Of a stretch of 59,059 nucleotides of DNA, positions 27,740-37,761 are shown in pieces. The notes beneath the pieces are model-generated. The model ran no database searches. It was not told where the DNA came from and was given only the letters and a program-made list of their open reading frames with translations. The translations under genes were made by a program, and so were the position numbers. Numbering within the stretch: position 1 is the first letter of the stretch; the number at the start of each line of letters is the position of its first letter. This stretch comes from a virus (taxonomy: Duplodnaviria > Caudoviricetes), in IMG/VR virus record IMGVR_UViG_3300036651_001467, positions 1 through 59,059 of that record; one strand, written 5' to 3'.

Positions 27740-28597
27740 TTATCTCCCCTGCTGCCGCAACGGCTGGCCGGGTACCGGGCCGCGTCCCTGCCCCTGATTG
27801 CTTGCGGACGATTGGGTGGTCGCAGCGGCCTCCTGCACTTCCGGTTTCGCGGCCTGCACCTCGGGCTTCGAGTTCTGCGCCGGAGCCGACTTTCCATCCG
27901 CCCAGCCCTCATGCAGCGGCGAACGGCATTCCTTGCATACCTTGGCCGCGCGCTTGATTGACTCGCCGCACATCGGGCACTCGGAACGGTCCGACATGGC
28001 GCGGGTCAACGTCACCCACTCCGGCAATTGCGCAATCTCGCCGGTCGCGTGGAGGATGGTCGCCGCATCGCGCTGGCGATCGGTGATCATCTTATGCTGG
28101 TGGTACCGTGACCAGGCATCAACCGCTTTCCCGAATTCACGCTTGTACCAGGCGAGTTGTTTTGCCCGAGCTTCGGCCAGCATCTCGGCCGATGGCTCGC
28201 CCGCGCCCCGGTACCAGAACACGCCGCCAGTCTCGGCGTACTCGCGCTCGAACTCGGCCGCAATCTGCACCGGCAGTACCGCTTCCGGCACAAACCGGGC
28301 ATCGCCCAGGTCGCGCATGGTGCGGAAGTGCTGGTTCAACACGTGCTTGATAACCGGCTCGGCGACGGTCGCCGCCGGCACCGCAAAGGGGGTCGGCAGG
28401 TCGGCGATGGCAACCGCCAGCGGGAACCGATTCAGGTTCACGACGGTGGCGCATTCGTAGCCCTGCCGCGATAGGTTGGTTTCGAACTCCTGCACCATCA
28501 AGGTGCGGCGACGGTCGGAATCACCGCCGTTCTTCTGGTTGGTGCCGAACGTGTCGGCATACTGCGCACCTGCTGGGCTTGCAACATGAGTAGACAT
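27740..28597 (-). CDS. Hypothetical late protein with a C-terminal double-CxxC zinc ribbon
   Basis: CPMCGESIKRAAKVCKEC; RBS AGGAG; paralogous to 43904-44908. Confidence 0.75.
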   Translation of the reverse strand: MSTHVASPAGAQYADTFGTNQKNGGDSDRRRTLMVQEFETNLSRQGYECATVVNLNRFPLAVAIADLPTPFAVPAATVAEPVIKHVLNQHFRTMRDLGDARFVPEAVLPVQIAAEFEREYAETGGVFWYRGAGEPSAEMLAEARAKQLAWYKREFGKAVDAWSRYHQHKMITDRQRDAATILHATGEIAQLPEWVTLTRAMSDRSECPMCGESIKRAAKVCKECRSPLHEGWADGKSAPAQNSKPEVQAAKPEVQEAAATTQSSASNQGQGRGPVPGQPLRQQGR

Positions 28598-28630
28598 GGA
28601 TTCTCCTTTGAACAGACACTGTGGACTGAA

Positions 28631-29338
28631 CTAGTACGGATGGCTGCTAATGCCGATGCGTTCGGCCAGAGACACCAGCGATCCGCGAGTCTTGGGGCCG
28701 TAACCCGACATGGGCGCGCCCCCGAAGGCAACGTCGTTTTCACTGAGCAGATCGAGCGCCGCCGCCTCGAATTTCGCCTCGCGGGCATCCTGCTCCCGCT
28801 TGGCCGTCCAAATGCGCCGTCGCGTGCGCGCCGCTTCGCTCGTCGGCAGCTTGTCGCGCAGCATTCGAAGCGCATCTATCGCCTTGGTAACATGGCGCTC
28901 GGTCGGAAGCCAGTGCATCTCCGCGCCGATGTCCTCGTAATCGCCTTCGGTCGGATAGGCTCCGAGCGCTGGGATCAGCCCGCTCTCGGTGAAGGTCATC
29001 GTCCCGCCCTCGGTGATGGGCCTGTACCATGCCTCCGGCGTCCCGTAGGCCGCCGACGCCGGCATCCAGCGCTCAATGATCCAGCACTGTAACGCCGGGT
29101 ACTTCGGCACCCACCGCACCTCGGCCACGCGCCGGATAATGGCCGCGCTGCCGGAGCGCCGCGACTCGATGGTCGAGCCCTGCCGCCAATCGTTGAACGT
29201 GCCGCCGCTGCGCTCCATGCGCGCCGGTGCCCATACCAGGCGAAACAGCGGCTCCCCAAAAGGGCTTGAGCCGTAGCGGTCATGAATCAGGCTTTGCAGC
29301 CAACCTGGGGCTTCGCGCCCCTGAATGTCATCACGCAT
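28631..29338 (-). CDS. Hypothetical late protein
   Basis: 235-aa ORF in the operon orientation. Confidence 0.7.
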   Translation of the reverse strand: MRDDIQGREAPGWLQSLIHDRYGSSPFGEPLFRLVWAPARMERSGGTFNDWRQGSTIESRRSGSAAIIRRVAEVRWVPKYPALQCWIIERWMPASAAYGTPEAWYRPITEGGTMTFTESGLIPALGAYPTEGDYEDIGAEMHWLPTERHVTKAIDALRMLRDKLPTSEAARTRRRIWTAKREQDAREAKFEAAALDLLSENDVAFGGAPMSGYGPKTRGSLVSLAERIGISSHPY

Positions 29339-29358
29339 GGGCGGAACCTTTCTGTGAA

Positions 29359-29670
29359 CTATTCCGCGCTTTCCGGCGCGTCGGGGGCGGATGTTTCAGC
29401 GTCGGGGGCAGAGGCCTCGGCGACGGGGGCTTCAATCGCGGGAGCGGCGGGCGGCGCTACCTCGGCGACGGGAGCGGCAATCACAGTGGCGACGGGCGCA
29501 GACGCCTCGCCGACCGGATGCGCAAACCGCACATGTCCGTCATAGTGGCCGGAGCAAAGCGGCACCCTGCACTGATCGCATTCGGCGAACACAGGCTCGG
29601 GACATGGCGCGGGCGCACTGGCCTTGGGATGAGATCCAATTTCGTGGTTGAGGCACTTGAGGACTGGCAT
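29359..29670 (-). CDS. Small zinc-finger protein with an Ala/Pro/Glu tail
   Basis: C..H...C...CDQC...LCSGH...H; RBS AAGGAG. Confidence 0.6.
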   Translation of the reverse strand: MPVLKCLNHEIGSHPKASAPAPCPEPVFAECDQCRVPLCSGHYDGHVRFAHPVGEASAPVATVIAAPVAEVAPPAAPAIEAPVAEASAPDAETSAPDAPESAE

Positions 29671-29689
29671 GATGACTCCTTATCTCGAT

Positions 29690-29727
29690 AAAAACGGGGG
29701 CTGCGGCCGTTGCCGGTACAGCCCCCG
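29690..29727 (-). terminator. Intrinsic terminator after the major capsid gene
   Basis: cgggggctg...cagcccccg hairpin followed by TTTTT on the minus strand. Confidence 0.75.
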
Positions 29728-29752
29728 GCTCTCACTCAGTGAATCCCGCCGA

Positions 29753-30991
29753 CTAGTAGCCGGCAGGGATGGCGAGGCTGGAAACAGTGCTCAGTGCTCG
29801 AGGATTGTCCACGAAGAACTGCACGCCGGTGACCAGGTAGAACAGGTAGCTGGCCGCGATACCGCCAGACGCCCCGTACACCGGGAACACCGTGTTGCCG
29901 CCGACTTCGTAGTAGTCCATCGGCAGCCACTCCACCCGGCCCCAAGTTTCGAGGTTGATCAGATCCAGCCGCGTGGTGTCGGCGTGGATGTTCTCCTTGA
30001 TCTTGACGCCGCCCACCGTCTTGTTCTTGAACAGCAGGTCCAGGTCTTGATCGCCGCCGGTTTTCTCGATTTCGCTGATGACGAAGCCGAGTTCCTCGTA
30101 GGCCGCGACCTGCGAGGGGTGACCGTGCCACATCACGTTGCCCAAACCGTCCGCGCCAACCGCCTGCCGCACCTGGTTGTAAGCCAGTCGCAGCGGGGGC
30201 AGCGTCAACGCCGCGCTGGCGGCATTCACGCCGTTGGCCACGGCATAGGGATTGGTCCGGCTGATCCCCATCCAGGTACCTGCGGTCGAGGTGTTCTGGT
30301 GATAAGGGATGCCGTAGATAAAGGTCGGCGAGGCGCCGGATACGCCATCAACCACAACCAGGTCGGTGGCGACGGTGCCTCCGGGAAGCGCACTCAGCGT
30401 GATGGTCTGGGTAGTGCCCAGGCCCTTGCTGATGGCGCTGATCGTCGCCCCGCCACGGTTCGTGGTCAGGGTGGCGTCGTAAATCTGCACCGGCTGGTTC
30501 TGCATCAGCAACCGCGCCCCGAAGGGAGTGTTGCTGAGCGTCAAGGTGGTCCCGGTGACGACGGTTACCGTGCCGAACACGCCGTTGCCGGCGGTTTGCA
30601 GCGAGGCGTCCATCATCACACGGAACTGCTTCATGGCGTTCACGACTTCGCGCTTGGCCGCGTCCTCGATCGCCTTGTCGCTGGCGTCGGTGGCGTACTC
30701 GACCAACTTGGTGATTTCCACCGCGAAGCGAATGCCGATCGGAGTGATCTGCGCGAAGTCGTACAAGGTGCCAGAGCCGCGACCCAGGTCGCCGCCGTCG
30801 AAACTGGCGGCACCGAACGCGCCTCCCGGTTCGACTTGGAGGGGAATGCGGGCGGTGCGGGTCGAAACCCGTTCCACGTCGCGTTTCTGAATCAGACTGA
30901 AAAAGGTGTCGTCGCGCTCGTAAAGGATCGGGAGTTTGTCCCGTACCTTTTCGAGCTGCAGGGCGACCACCTGAGAATTTTGCAATGCCAT
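29753..30991 (-). CDS. Major capsid protein (HK97 fold)
   Basis: 412 aa after the scaffold gene; RBS AGGAGG; downstream terminator. Confidence 0.85.
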   Translation of the reverse strand: MALQNSQVVALQLEKVRDKLPILYERDDTFFSLIQKRDVERVSTRTARIPLQVEPGGAFGAASFDGGDLGRGSGTLYDFAQITPIGIRFAVEITKLVEYATDASDKAIEDAAKREVVNAMKQFRVMMDASLQTAGNGVFGTVTVVTGTTLTLSNTPFGARLLMQNQPVQIYDATLTTNRGGATISAISKGLGTTQTITLSALPGGTVATDLVVVDGVSGASPTFIYGIPYHQNTSTAGTWMGISRTNPYAVANGVNAASAALTLPPLRLAYNQVRQAVGADGLGNVMWHGHPSQVAAYEELGFVISEIEKTGGDQDLDLLFKNKTVGGVKIKENIHADTTRLDLINLETWGRVEWLPMDYYEVGGNTVFPVYGASGGIAASYLFYLVTGVQFFVDNPRALSTVSSLAIPAGY

Positions 30992-31043
30992 GTTCGCCTC
31001 CTGACGCATCCGCGCCAGCGTTCGAGCGTTGTTCGATAGACGA

Positions 31044-32402
31044 CTATGCCAGTTCGAGGATTTCGCGGTCGCTCAGTCGGCGTCCCAGCTTCTGCTGCGC
31101 CGCCTTCACTACCTCACGCGCATTCGGTAGAGCTGCGCGCGCCGGCGCTCCCGATGACTTGGGGTCGGAACGGTTGCGCGTGGCGAGCTTGTTATCGCGT
31201 TCCGCCTGGCGCTGCTTCATGCTGGCCCCGGCCTTGGTCAAGATCGGCTCCAGAATGTCGCGCCCGTTCAGCCGCGCCCACTGCATAACCTGCCGCACCA
31301 CCCGCTGCTGCGCCTCCTGGCTGTTATTGCCAGCCCGCAGCATTTCCGCGATGGCCGCCGAATGCACCTTGTCACGATCCGCGTGTTCCGCCACCGCGTC
31401 AATGAAGTCGCGGGCGATGTGCTCCTTGTCGTAGTCCGACAGCCGCGTATTGCTGAGCAGGCTATTTACAAACCCGCTCAACTCCGCCGCTGCCTTGCTG
31501 GCCGTATCGTCGTTGAATTGTTCGGTCGCGCGCGCCTCTTCCTGTGCCCGCCGGGTTCGGGATTGCTCTTGTTCGGCAAGCGCACGCTTGCCGGCTTCGA
31601 GCTGCTGCCGGAGTTGAGGTGGCAACGACTGTTCGTCGAAGTTCGTGCCGGCCGCTCCATCTTTCGCCGAGGATGACGGCGACGTACCAAGCGCATCCTT
31701 GATGGTGGCGACGGCTTCCGCAAGTTGTTCGTTGTTGCTGGTCTTTGCCGTATCCGCGATCCGGTCGAGGATCGTGTTTCGCAGCCAGCCAACATGGCGC
31801 TCGTATGCGCCGCTCGATGTCTTTTCCCCCGTAGCGGGGTCCGTTCTCGTCTGGCCGTCATAGATCATCTGCCAGAACGATTGCGAATCGTTGCCCCCGA
31901 GGATCGCCTCGACGTGGCCCAACGATTCGGCGAGGCCAACTACTTCCCGCGCCCTGGCCGTTGTCGGCAGAATCTCCTGAAACTCGGCCAACTCGCCCGA
32001 GCGCCGCGCCATCTGGTAGAGCTGCGCCTTGATGCGCGGGTTGGCCTCAAGCAACGCGCTCAACTCCGGCGTCTCTTTGATCGTGTTGGTCAAAGCTGCC
32101 GGGCCCACCTTGGCGGCTACACCGGTGCGGGCGTTGGCGGCTTCGTCCGGCGCTTTATCCGCGTCCGGCGCTGGCTCGACGGCTGCGGCCGGTTCTTCCG
32201 GCTCCTCGCCGTCCGGCCACTCGATCTCGTTGGTCGGCTCGGCTGCTGCCGGCTCGGAGGCTGCGGCGGATGCCGGGGTTGCTGCGTCCGGCGCTGCGCT
32301 GGTTTCGGGACTGGCAACCGGCTCGGCCGCTGGCGCGGCACCGGCATCGGGGGCTGGGGCGGAGGATGGCGAACCCTCCAGTACGGCCATATCGCTGTCC
32401 AT
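31044..32402 (-). CDS. Scaffolding protein
   Basis: Acidic Pro/Ala N-terminus and coiled coils; between portal and capsid. Confidence 0.75.
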   Translation of the reverse strand: MDSDMAVLEGSPSSAPAPDAGAAPAAEPVASPETSAAPDAATPASAAASEPAAAEPTNEIEWPDGEEPEEPAAAVEPAPDADKAPDEAANARTGVAAKVGPAALTNTIKETPELSALLEANPRIKAQLYQMARRSGELAEFQEILPTTARAREVVGLAESLGHVEAILGGNDSQSFWQMIYDGQTRTDPATGEKTSSGAYERHVGWLRNTILDRIADTAKTSNNEQLAEAVATIKDALGTSPSSSAKDGAAGTNFDEQSLPPQLRQQLEAGKRALAEQEQSRTRRAQEEARATEQFNDDTASKAAAELSGFVNSLLSNTRLSDYDKEHIARDFIDAVAEHADRDKVHSAAIAEMLRAGNNSQEAQQRVVRQVMQWARLNGRDILEPILTKAGASMKQRQAERDNKLATRNRSDPKSSGAPARAALPNAREVVKAAQQKLGRRLSDREILELA

Positions 32403-32419
32403 GGACTGTCTCCTTTACG

Positions 32420-34921
32420 CTACGCAGTGGTCTGAGTCGGTGCCGACGCGTCGGCTGATGGTGCCGCGCCCGGTGCGTTGGGCGGTTGCGGGCCTTGATC
32501 CGGCTGCGCTGGCTGCTGGTTCGGTGGCGCTCCGGCGGCTGCTACCGCCGCCTGCTGCTGCGCCTGCTGCGCGGCCTGCGCCGTCCGGTTGGCCTCGTGC
32601 ATCAGCCGGTGCAGTTGCACATTCTGATAGCCGTCCGGGTTGCGCGCCTTGCAATCGAGTCCCGTCGAGCCCTTGCTCCACGTCCTGATCGTCTCGATGT
32701 GAATGTCGTCGTCGTCAATCCCAGCTTCCGGCTGGATGGACGGTTGCGGGTTACCATCCGGTCCGATGATCGGGGTCGAGCCAATCAAGGCCTCGATCTC
32801 GATGAATTGCTTCTGCACGTCCTCCTCGTCCGGGTTGGTCAGCCCGTCGAGGCCAATGTAGTGCGTGAGGATGGGGAAGTTTACCGGGTCCGCCACGCCC
32901 AACGCCTTGATGATGGCCGGGTCTTTCGTTTGCAGAATCTGTTGCAGTGCGCCCTGTATCTCGGCGAAGGTCTGCGGGAAGTCCTCATCCGCCGATGGCG
33001 CCGCGATGACGTTGCCCTGAATCTCGTTCAGCCGGATAAACTGGCTGCGGAATTGGCCGCTCTTGCCCTCGACCACCAGTTCTTCATCGTCCGTCCGGTT
33101 GCGCTGGTAGCAGACGATGGCCTTGGTCATCTCGTTGGCTTCGGCCTCCCGCATCTGCTTCCATACAAGCGTCAGCCGGCCCATGGCCTGATCCTTGGCC
33201 TGCTTGTAGGCGCTGGCCGTTTTAACATCAGGTATGCCGCCGCCGAACAGCGATGGCAGCGCACCGGTGAAGAATTGCCCGCACTCGGCGAGCCGCTGCT
33301 CCTCCTGCCAGATGTTCGCGTCCATCGTAAACTTCGGCTGCCAGATGGCCTGCTCGATGGGGTACTGCTGCCCCACGTTCTCCAGCAGGAACGGCACGAA
33401 CGATGCCGGCTCCATCTTCCGCTTCTGGAGCGCCTCGCCATTCACCACCCGCGCGTCATAGAAAACCGGCGGGCATGAGGCAAGGTTCCTGAACTCGTCC
33501 TTCAGGTTCGCCGTATCGTTGATTTCCTCTTGCACCGATACCGCGTCGAGTCCCAGCGGATCCCGGTAGATGCCGATGCCCGGAAGGCCCGTGCAAATCT
33601 CCCAGTAGTCGTCCAGCTTCTCCGGTACCGCCTGTAGAAATACGTCGCCGGCGAACTCCACCCGACAGCCATCCGGGTACAGCCCAAGCAGCTTCTTCCG
33701 CATCTCCGGTTCAGCGTGCGCCCAAAACGATTCCGGCCGCAGCCATGCCCGCTTGTAGGTCACAAGCGATGACATGGGCAGCGTATTCCACGATCCCTGC
33801 GCGTCGGCCAGACTCAGGCGCACGATGCGCTCGTAGGTGTCCTCGCCCCCCGAGCCCACGTCCTCGATCCTGTTTGCCTTCTGCGGATAAGCCGCCCGCA
33901 GAACCGCCTTGTGCTGCTCCTCGACCTGAATCAGGTAGTAGCAGTCGCGCTGCCCCTGAGCCTGCGGTGGCAGCTTGATGAACAGCGGGCCGTATGTGGT
34001 CAGCTTCTCGGCGCCATTCGGAACTCGCCGCGTGTCCACCGGCATTGTCGCGGTGATGTTTTCCGCCGGCGAGAAACTCTCCGGCCCCATCAACGCGCCG
34101 CAGGTGTTGCAGCCAACCGGGGCGCCCGGCATTCCGCTTGACTCATCGGAGTCCGCCGGCTGATAGCCGCCGCATTCCTGGCACTCGTAGCGATCGGGCA
34201 GCACTTGGAAAGTCTGCTCGCCCATCACGTCCTCGCTGTGATAGCCGAACTGGCCGCCATCCACCACGAATCGAATGAACGTGGCGAAGATGCCCTGCGT
34301 CCAGAGGTAGTAGCCCTTCTTCACCCGCAGCGTTTGCAGGTTGTTGTTGCGCGCGACCAGCTCCGCGATTTTCTGCGCCGCCTTGGCCGTCGCAATGTCC
34401 TCCTGCGATTCCGCGCTCACCGGCAGGTAATTCAGCTTCACCGGAGCCGACGTGAGCGCCGCAATGACGCTCAGCCCCCAAGGCCGGAAGTAGTTGTGAA
34501 CGCGCTCGCTCCGGCCGCCATCCGTATCGCCGCGCCCCGGCGACTCGAACGGCGTGTGCCATGCGCCATCGCGTTCCGAGTACCAGCCGTTTGGCGAGCC
34601 CTTCCAAAATTCCTCGGCCTTGCGCCAAATCCGCACCTTGTGGCGGCGCACTGAATCCGATTCCAGTTCATAGCCGCGCACCAGCGATCGCAGCGCCTCC
34701 TGCACTGCCTGTTCCGGGTCGGCGGCGATGTATGGCGCTTCGGCGTTCGGCTGCTCGCCCTTGTTCACCGAGCCCTGATTGGCGGCGGTGGCGTCCTGCA
34801 CGGCGCTGGCATCGCCGCCCTGCGCGGCGACCTGCTGCGCCTGGTCCGCGCCATTAGAGAGCGCGTCCAGGCCATCGTGTCCGTCGCTAAGTTGGGCGAG
34901 GCCCGACGCGAGTAATCCCAT
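32420..34921 (-). CDS. Portal protein (podovirus type)
   Basis: 833 aa; HNYFRP, EDIATAKAA, QEEIND, TASAY, DDDIH motifs; Gln/Pro tail. Confidence 0.85.
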   Translation of the reverse strand: MGLLASGLAQLSDGHDGLDALSNGADQAQQVAAQGGDASAVQDATAANQGSVNKGEQPNAEAPYIAADPEQAVQEALRSLVRGYELESDSVRRHKVRIWRKAEEFWKGSPNGWYSERDGAWHTPFESPGRGDTDGGRSERVHNYFRPWGLSVIAALTSAPVKLNYLPVSAESQEDIATAKAAQKIAELVARNNNLQTLRVKKGYYLWTQGIFATFIRFVVDGGQFGYHSEDVMGEQTFQVLPDRYECQECGGYQPADSDESSGMPGAPVGCNTCGALMGPESFSPAENITATMPVDTRRVPNGAEKLTTYGPLFIKLPPQAQGQRDCYYLIQVEEQHKAVLRAAYPQKANRIEDVGSGGEDTYERIVRLSLADAQGSWNTLPMSSLVTYKRAWLRPESFWAHAEPEMRKKLLGLYPDGCRVEFAGDVFLQAVPEKLDDYWEICTGLPGIGIYRDPLGLDAVSVQEEINDTANLKDEFRNLASCPPVFYDARVVNGEALQKRKMEPASFVPFLLENVGQQYPIEQAIWQPKFTMDANIWQEEQRLAECGQFFTGALPSLFGGGIPDVKTASAYKQAKDQAMGRLTLVWKQMREAEANEMTKAIVCYQRNRTDDEELVVEGKSGQFRSQFIRLNEIQGNVIAAPSADEDFPQTFAEIQGALQQILQTKDPAIIKALGVADPVNFPILTHYIGLDGLTNPDEEDVQKQFIEIEALIGSTPIIGPDGNPQPSIQPEAGIDDDDIHIETIRTWSKGSTGLDCKARNPDGYQNVQLHRLMHEANRTAQAAQQAQQQAAVAAAGAPPNQQPAQPDQGPQPPNAPGAAPSADASAPTQTTA

Positions 34922-34946
34922 GGTTAAGGTCTGTCTGCGATTGCTT

Positions 34947-35429
34947 CTACGATGTCTTTAGCGCGCCCGATGTGAACGCGCCGCTCAACGGTCCCGATAT
35001 CAGCGCCCAAGCGTTCCATGTGGAACCTTGCAATTGGCTCCGCAATGCCCAGTACTTCGTGACGCCGGGGTCAACCACGTCCAAGGTCAGTTGGCCGAAA
35101 CCGAGCGTGTAGATGGTCACGTTCTGACCAAACCCAGAATCGGTCGCGCTCCTGAGCTGGTGCTGCACCATCGGCGTGTTGCTGCCCGGAGCTGCGATCT
35201 GCACCAGAAAATGTCCGCTGCCAGCGGTCACCTTCGCGCTCGACGCCGGCGGCGCGGTTACCGCCGCATTGGCTGCCGTTGCCTTGCCGCCCACCTGAAT
35301 GGACAGCCCCGACGCCTTCTCTATTGCATCGCTCTGGTTGGCGAGCGTCTGAGCCGCTTGGCCGATGTTCCGCACCTCCGGGTCCGCCGAAGTGAGCAGC
35401 GGGGAGATGTAGGCGCGATCCACCGGCAT
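34947..35429 (-). CDS. Putative virion protein (FN3-like C-terminus)
   Basis: Beta-rich; KYWALRSQLQGSTWNAW. Confidence 0.6.
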   Translation of the reverse strand: MPVDRAYISPLLTSADPEVRNIGQAAQTLANQSDAIEKASGLSIQVGGKATAANAAVTAPPASSAKVTAGSGHFLVQIAAPGSNTPMVQHQLRSATDSGFGQNVTIYTLGFGQLTLDVVDPGVTKYWALRSQLQGSTWNAWALISGPLSGAFTSGALKTS

Positions 35430-35632
35430 TACTTGCCGCCGATTCTGATACTGGGGTAGAGGCGGTGTGCCTTTGCGTCAATCCGCTTCTCGTCCTTCGG
35501 CCCCGCATGTGAGGCCATCTGCACCGCTAGCCGAGCGTGTTTCAGGTCCTCCATCGGATATTGCCGCGTCTCGGGCAATCCGAATCTACCTTTAGGCAGC
35601 CGGTTGCGCTGCTTGGCCGTCAGGTTCGCCAT
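35429..35632 (-). CDS. DUF6582-like small basic phage protein
   Basis: LTAKQRNRLPKGRFGLPETRQYPMEDLKHARLA; RBS AGGAGG. Confidence 0.75.
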   Translation of the reverse strand: MANLTAKQRNRLPKGRFGLPETRQYPMEDLKHARLAVQMASHAGPKDEKRIDAKAHRLYPSIRIGGK

Positions 35633-35987
35633 TGCCCGCCTCCTGATTTTCGTCGCTCGCGCCGCCGCTGAAGTGCTCGCAGGTTCCGCAAGAGAACTGC
35701 TGCGCGCCTGATTGCGGCTCGAACAGGTTGCAGCAGCCCATCTCGCCCGACACGCCGCCGGGGGCCGCCACCAGGTCGCAATCGCCGTCCTTCTGCGCTC
35801 CGTCCAGTTCCATGTAGCCAGCCGCCTGCGGGCTGACACGTCCAGCGCCGGAGTCGGCGTCGAAACTGCCGAACGGTTGTGGCCGGCCAGTCATGGACGC
35901 TTCCACGTCGCGCGACATCCGACTCTTGGATTGCGGGTCGAGTGTGGCGAAGTCCGCCGCTCGATTACGCTTGGTTTGATCTGCCAT
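35592..35987 (-). CDS. Hypothetical Cys-rich protein
   Basis: RBS AGGAG; GCCNLF...CGTCEHF. Confidence 0.6.
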   Translation of the reverse strand: MADQTKRNRAADFATLDPQSKSRMSRDVEASMTGRPQPFGSFDADSGAGRVSPQAAGYMELDGAQKDGDCDLVAAPGGVSGEMGCCNLFEPQSGAQQFSCGTCEHFSGGASDENQEAGNGEPDGQAAQPAA

Positions 35988-36432
35988 CGGATGTCTCCTT
36001 TTTCTTCTTCTCTTTTTCCTGCTCGGCCAACACCTTCAGTTGCGCCGCCAGTACCGCCTTGCGGTCGCGCTCGGCGAACTCCATGTCGGCCTTCTCTTTG
36101 CTCCGCCGCATCTCCGCCGGGTTTTCCACCTTCGCCCGCTGCGCTGCTGAAACCGTGACTTCCTCCGCCGTCTTTCGCCGGAAGCGCTCATCGCCCGGAT
36201 CGAAAATAGGCCGCTGGCCGTTTGCCCACAGGATGTTATCCATGAGCGATTCGACCTTGCCCTGAAGCCGTCCGCATTCCGCACGCCATTGGCCCGCTTC
36301 CGCTTCCGCCGTGCGACACTGCTGCTCTCGCTCGGCCAATTTGAGCCGCTCTTGCGCCAGCGCCGTTTCCGCCTTCGCCGCCTGATGAATGGCCGACTGG
36401 TAGCGGAGCCGCGATACGAAGGGCAGCCGCAT
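35965..36432 (-). CDS. Coiled-coil hypothetical protein
   Basis: MRLPFVSR N-terminus; TGATG coupling. Confidence 0.65.
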   Translation of the reverse strand: MRLPFVSRLRYQSAIHQAAKAETALAQERLKLAEREQQCRTAEAEAGQWRAECGRLQGKVESLMDNILWANGQRPIFDPGDERFRRKTAEEVTVSAAQRAKVENPAEMRRSKEKADMEFAERDRKAVLAAQLKVLAEQEKEKKKKETSDGRSNQA

Positions 36433-36803
36433 CAGAGTGGGCTCGTTTCCTGTTCGACCACCCGCACCGTGGTTGCGGTGGCCGTGGCCGAGGTGACGCG
36501 GCAATAATTATCAGCCGCGCGATAGTTGAAGGCGTTCACGCCGTTGGCCGCGTTCTGTGCGGGGTAGCCAAGCACTCCATCGTGGCCGTGGCCAACCATT
36601 TCAATCGGCTGGTTGGCGAGGTAACTGCACGACGGCCCCCATGTCTGCGTGCCCCGATTCCAGAACTGGACGATCAATCCCTGCGCGCCGCCCGCAGCGC
36701 TGCCGTCCTCGACCATCTCGACGTTGTGCGCCGGGATGGTCGCTGGGATATTGGCCCATGTGCCACCTGATGCGGCCGCTGCGTAAAGCGTTTGTGCTGA
36801 CAT
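36432..36803 (-). CDS. Putative virion protein
   Basis: 123 aa, beta-rich; RBS AGGA. Confidence 0.65.
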   Translation of the reverse strand: MSAQTLYAAAASGGTWANIPATIPAHNVEMVEDGSAAGGAQGLIVQFWNRGTQTWGPSCSYLANQPIEMVGHGHDGVLGYPAQNAANGVNAFNYRAADNYCRVTSATATATTVRVVEQETSPL

Positions 36804-36816
36804 TTGTTTTGTCCTT

Positions 36817-37758
36817 CTAGTTCTTCTGGATGTTGATGAGCACGTTCGCCGTGCCGCTGGCTACGGTCGCAAGTGCGCGGCCAACGCTTTCGCCTGCCAG
36901 TACGGTTGCGCCGCCGTCCGCGCAGTCGCCAGCCGTGGTGGTCGAGATGATGACGTAATCGCCCGCCGTGACGCCGCCCGCGTCGAATATGCAAGAGGCG
37001 ATACCAGATACGGCAATAATCGCGTTCCCACTCTTGCCAGCACCGGAAACCACGATGCCGATTACGCCGGACGTGTCTCCGGTGCCGGTAATGATCGCGG
37101 TAGACGGTGCGCCAGTGAGCTTCGCCAGTGCGCCAACAGTGGTGCCGGTGCCGGTTTCGTTGGCAATTCCGACCGCAAAGTTGCCAGAGCTAAACGTCCC
37201 ACTCGGGCTGGCGATAGTGCCCATCGCCGCGTTACCAGATGCGTTCCATTCAATTACCGGCGTACACGCTGCACCGCCGTTCGTGGCGTACCCGACAGAA
37301 AACAAATTACTCCCCTGCGGAGTATAACAGCCAGCGTCAGTAGCGGAGTTTATATATACGCCGAAAGTGTTCGTTGTACCAAGCGTGATGGAATAGCTTG
37401 CGATATTTGCCTGTGCGAAGTTAAGCGTTCCACTTTTATTGCCCGCCGTCCCATTCCCAACATCCACAACGCCAGCGGAGTCGCGCAATAGGCCGGTGTC
37501 GCCATTCCACGACAACACCTTCCCGGTCGCCAGCGCAAGATTCTCCGTCGTGCTCACCGTCGTTCCGTTGTCGGTGACGGAACTGTCGCCGATTGTTCCC
37601 GCCCCGGTTGCCTTGGGGATGACACCGGTGGTCAACGTGCTGGACGTGGTGACCGTTTTCGGCGAAGGCGGCATGGGGCCGACGGTCTGGCCCCACGCGA
37701 TCAAGACGACGATGCAAGCAAGGATCGGAACGGCGGCAAGCCGCATTCTCATCGTCAT
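36817..37758 (-). CDS. Fibre/decoration-like protein with a signal peptide (313 aa)
   Basis: MTMRMRLAAVPILACIVVLIAWG|Q; IGDSSVTDNGT fibre motif; C-terminal cement-like domain (VIGIV...AGDYV...VGRAL). Confidence 0.65.
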   Translation of the reverse strand: MTMRMRLAAVPILACIVVLIAWGQTVGPMPPSPKTVTTSSTLTTGVIPKATGAGTIGDSSVTDNGTTVSTTENLALATGKVLSWNGDTGLLRDSAGVVDVGNGTAGNKSGTLNFAQANIASYSITLGTTNTFGVYINSATDAGCYTPQGSNLFSVGYATNGGAACTPVIEWNASGNAAMGTIASPSGTFSSGNFAVGIANETGTGTTVGALAKLTGAPSTAIITGTGDTSGVIGIVVSGAGKSGNAIIAVSGIASCIFDAGGVTAGDYVIISTTTAGDCADGGATVLAGESVGRALATVASGTANVLINIQKN

Positions 37759-37761
37759 GGC

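Noticed and set aside
29648-33478. Long plus-strand ORFs opposite capsid, scaffold and portal (e.g. 463 aa, 330 aa), and similar ones elsewhere such as 49917-51002
   Set aside because: Antisense shadows of high-GC genes with no recognisable motifs.
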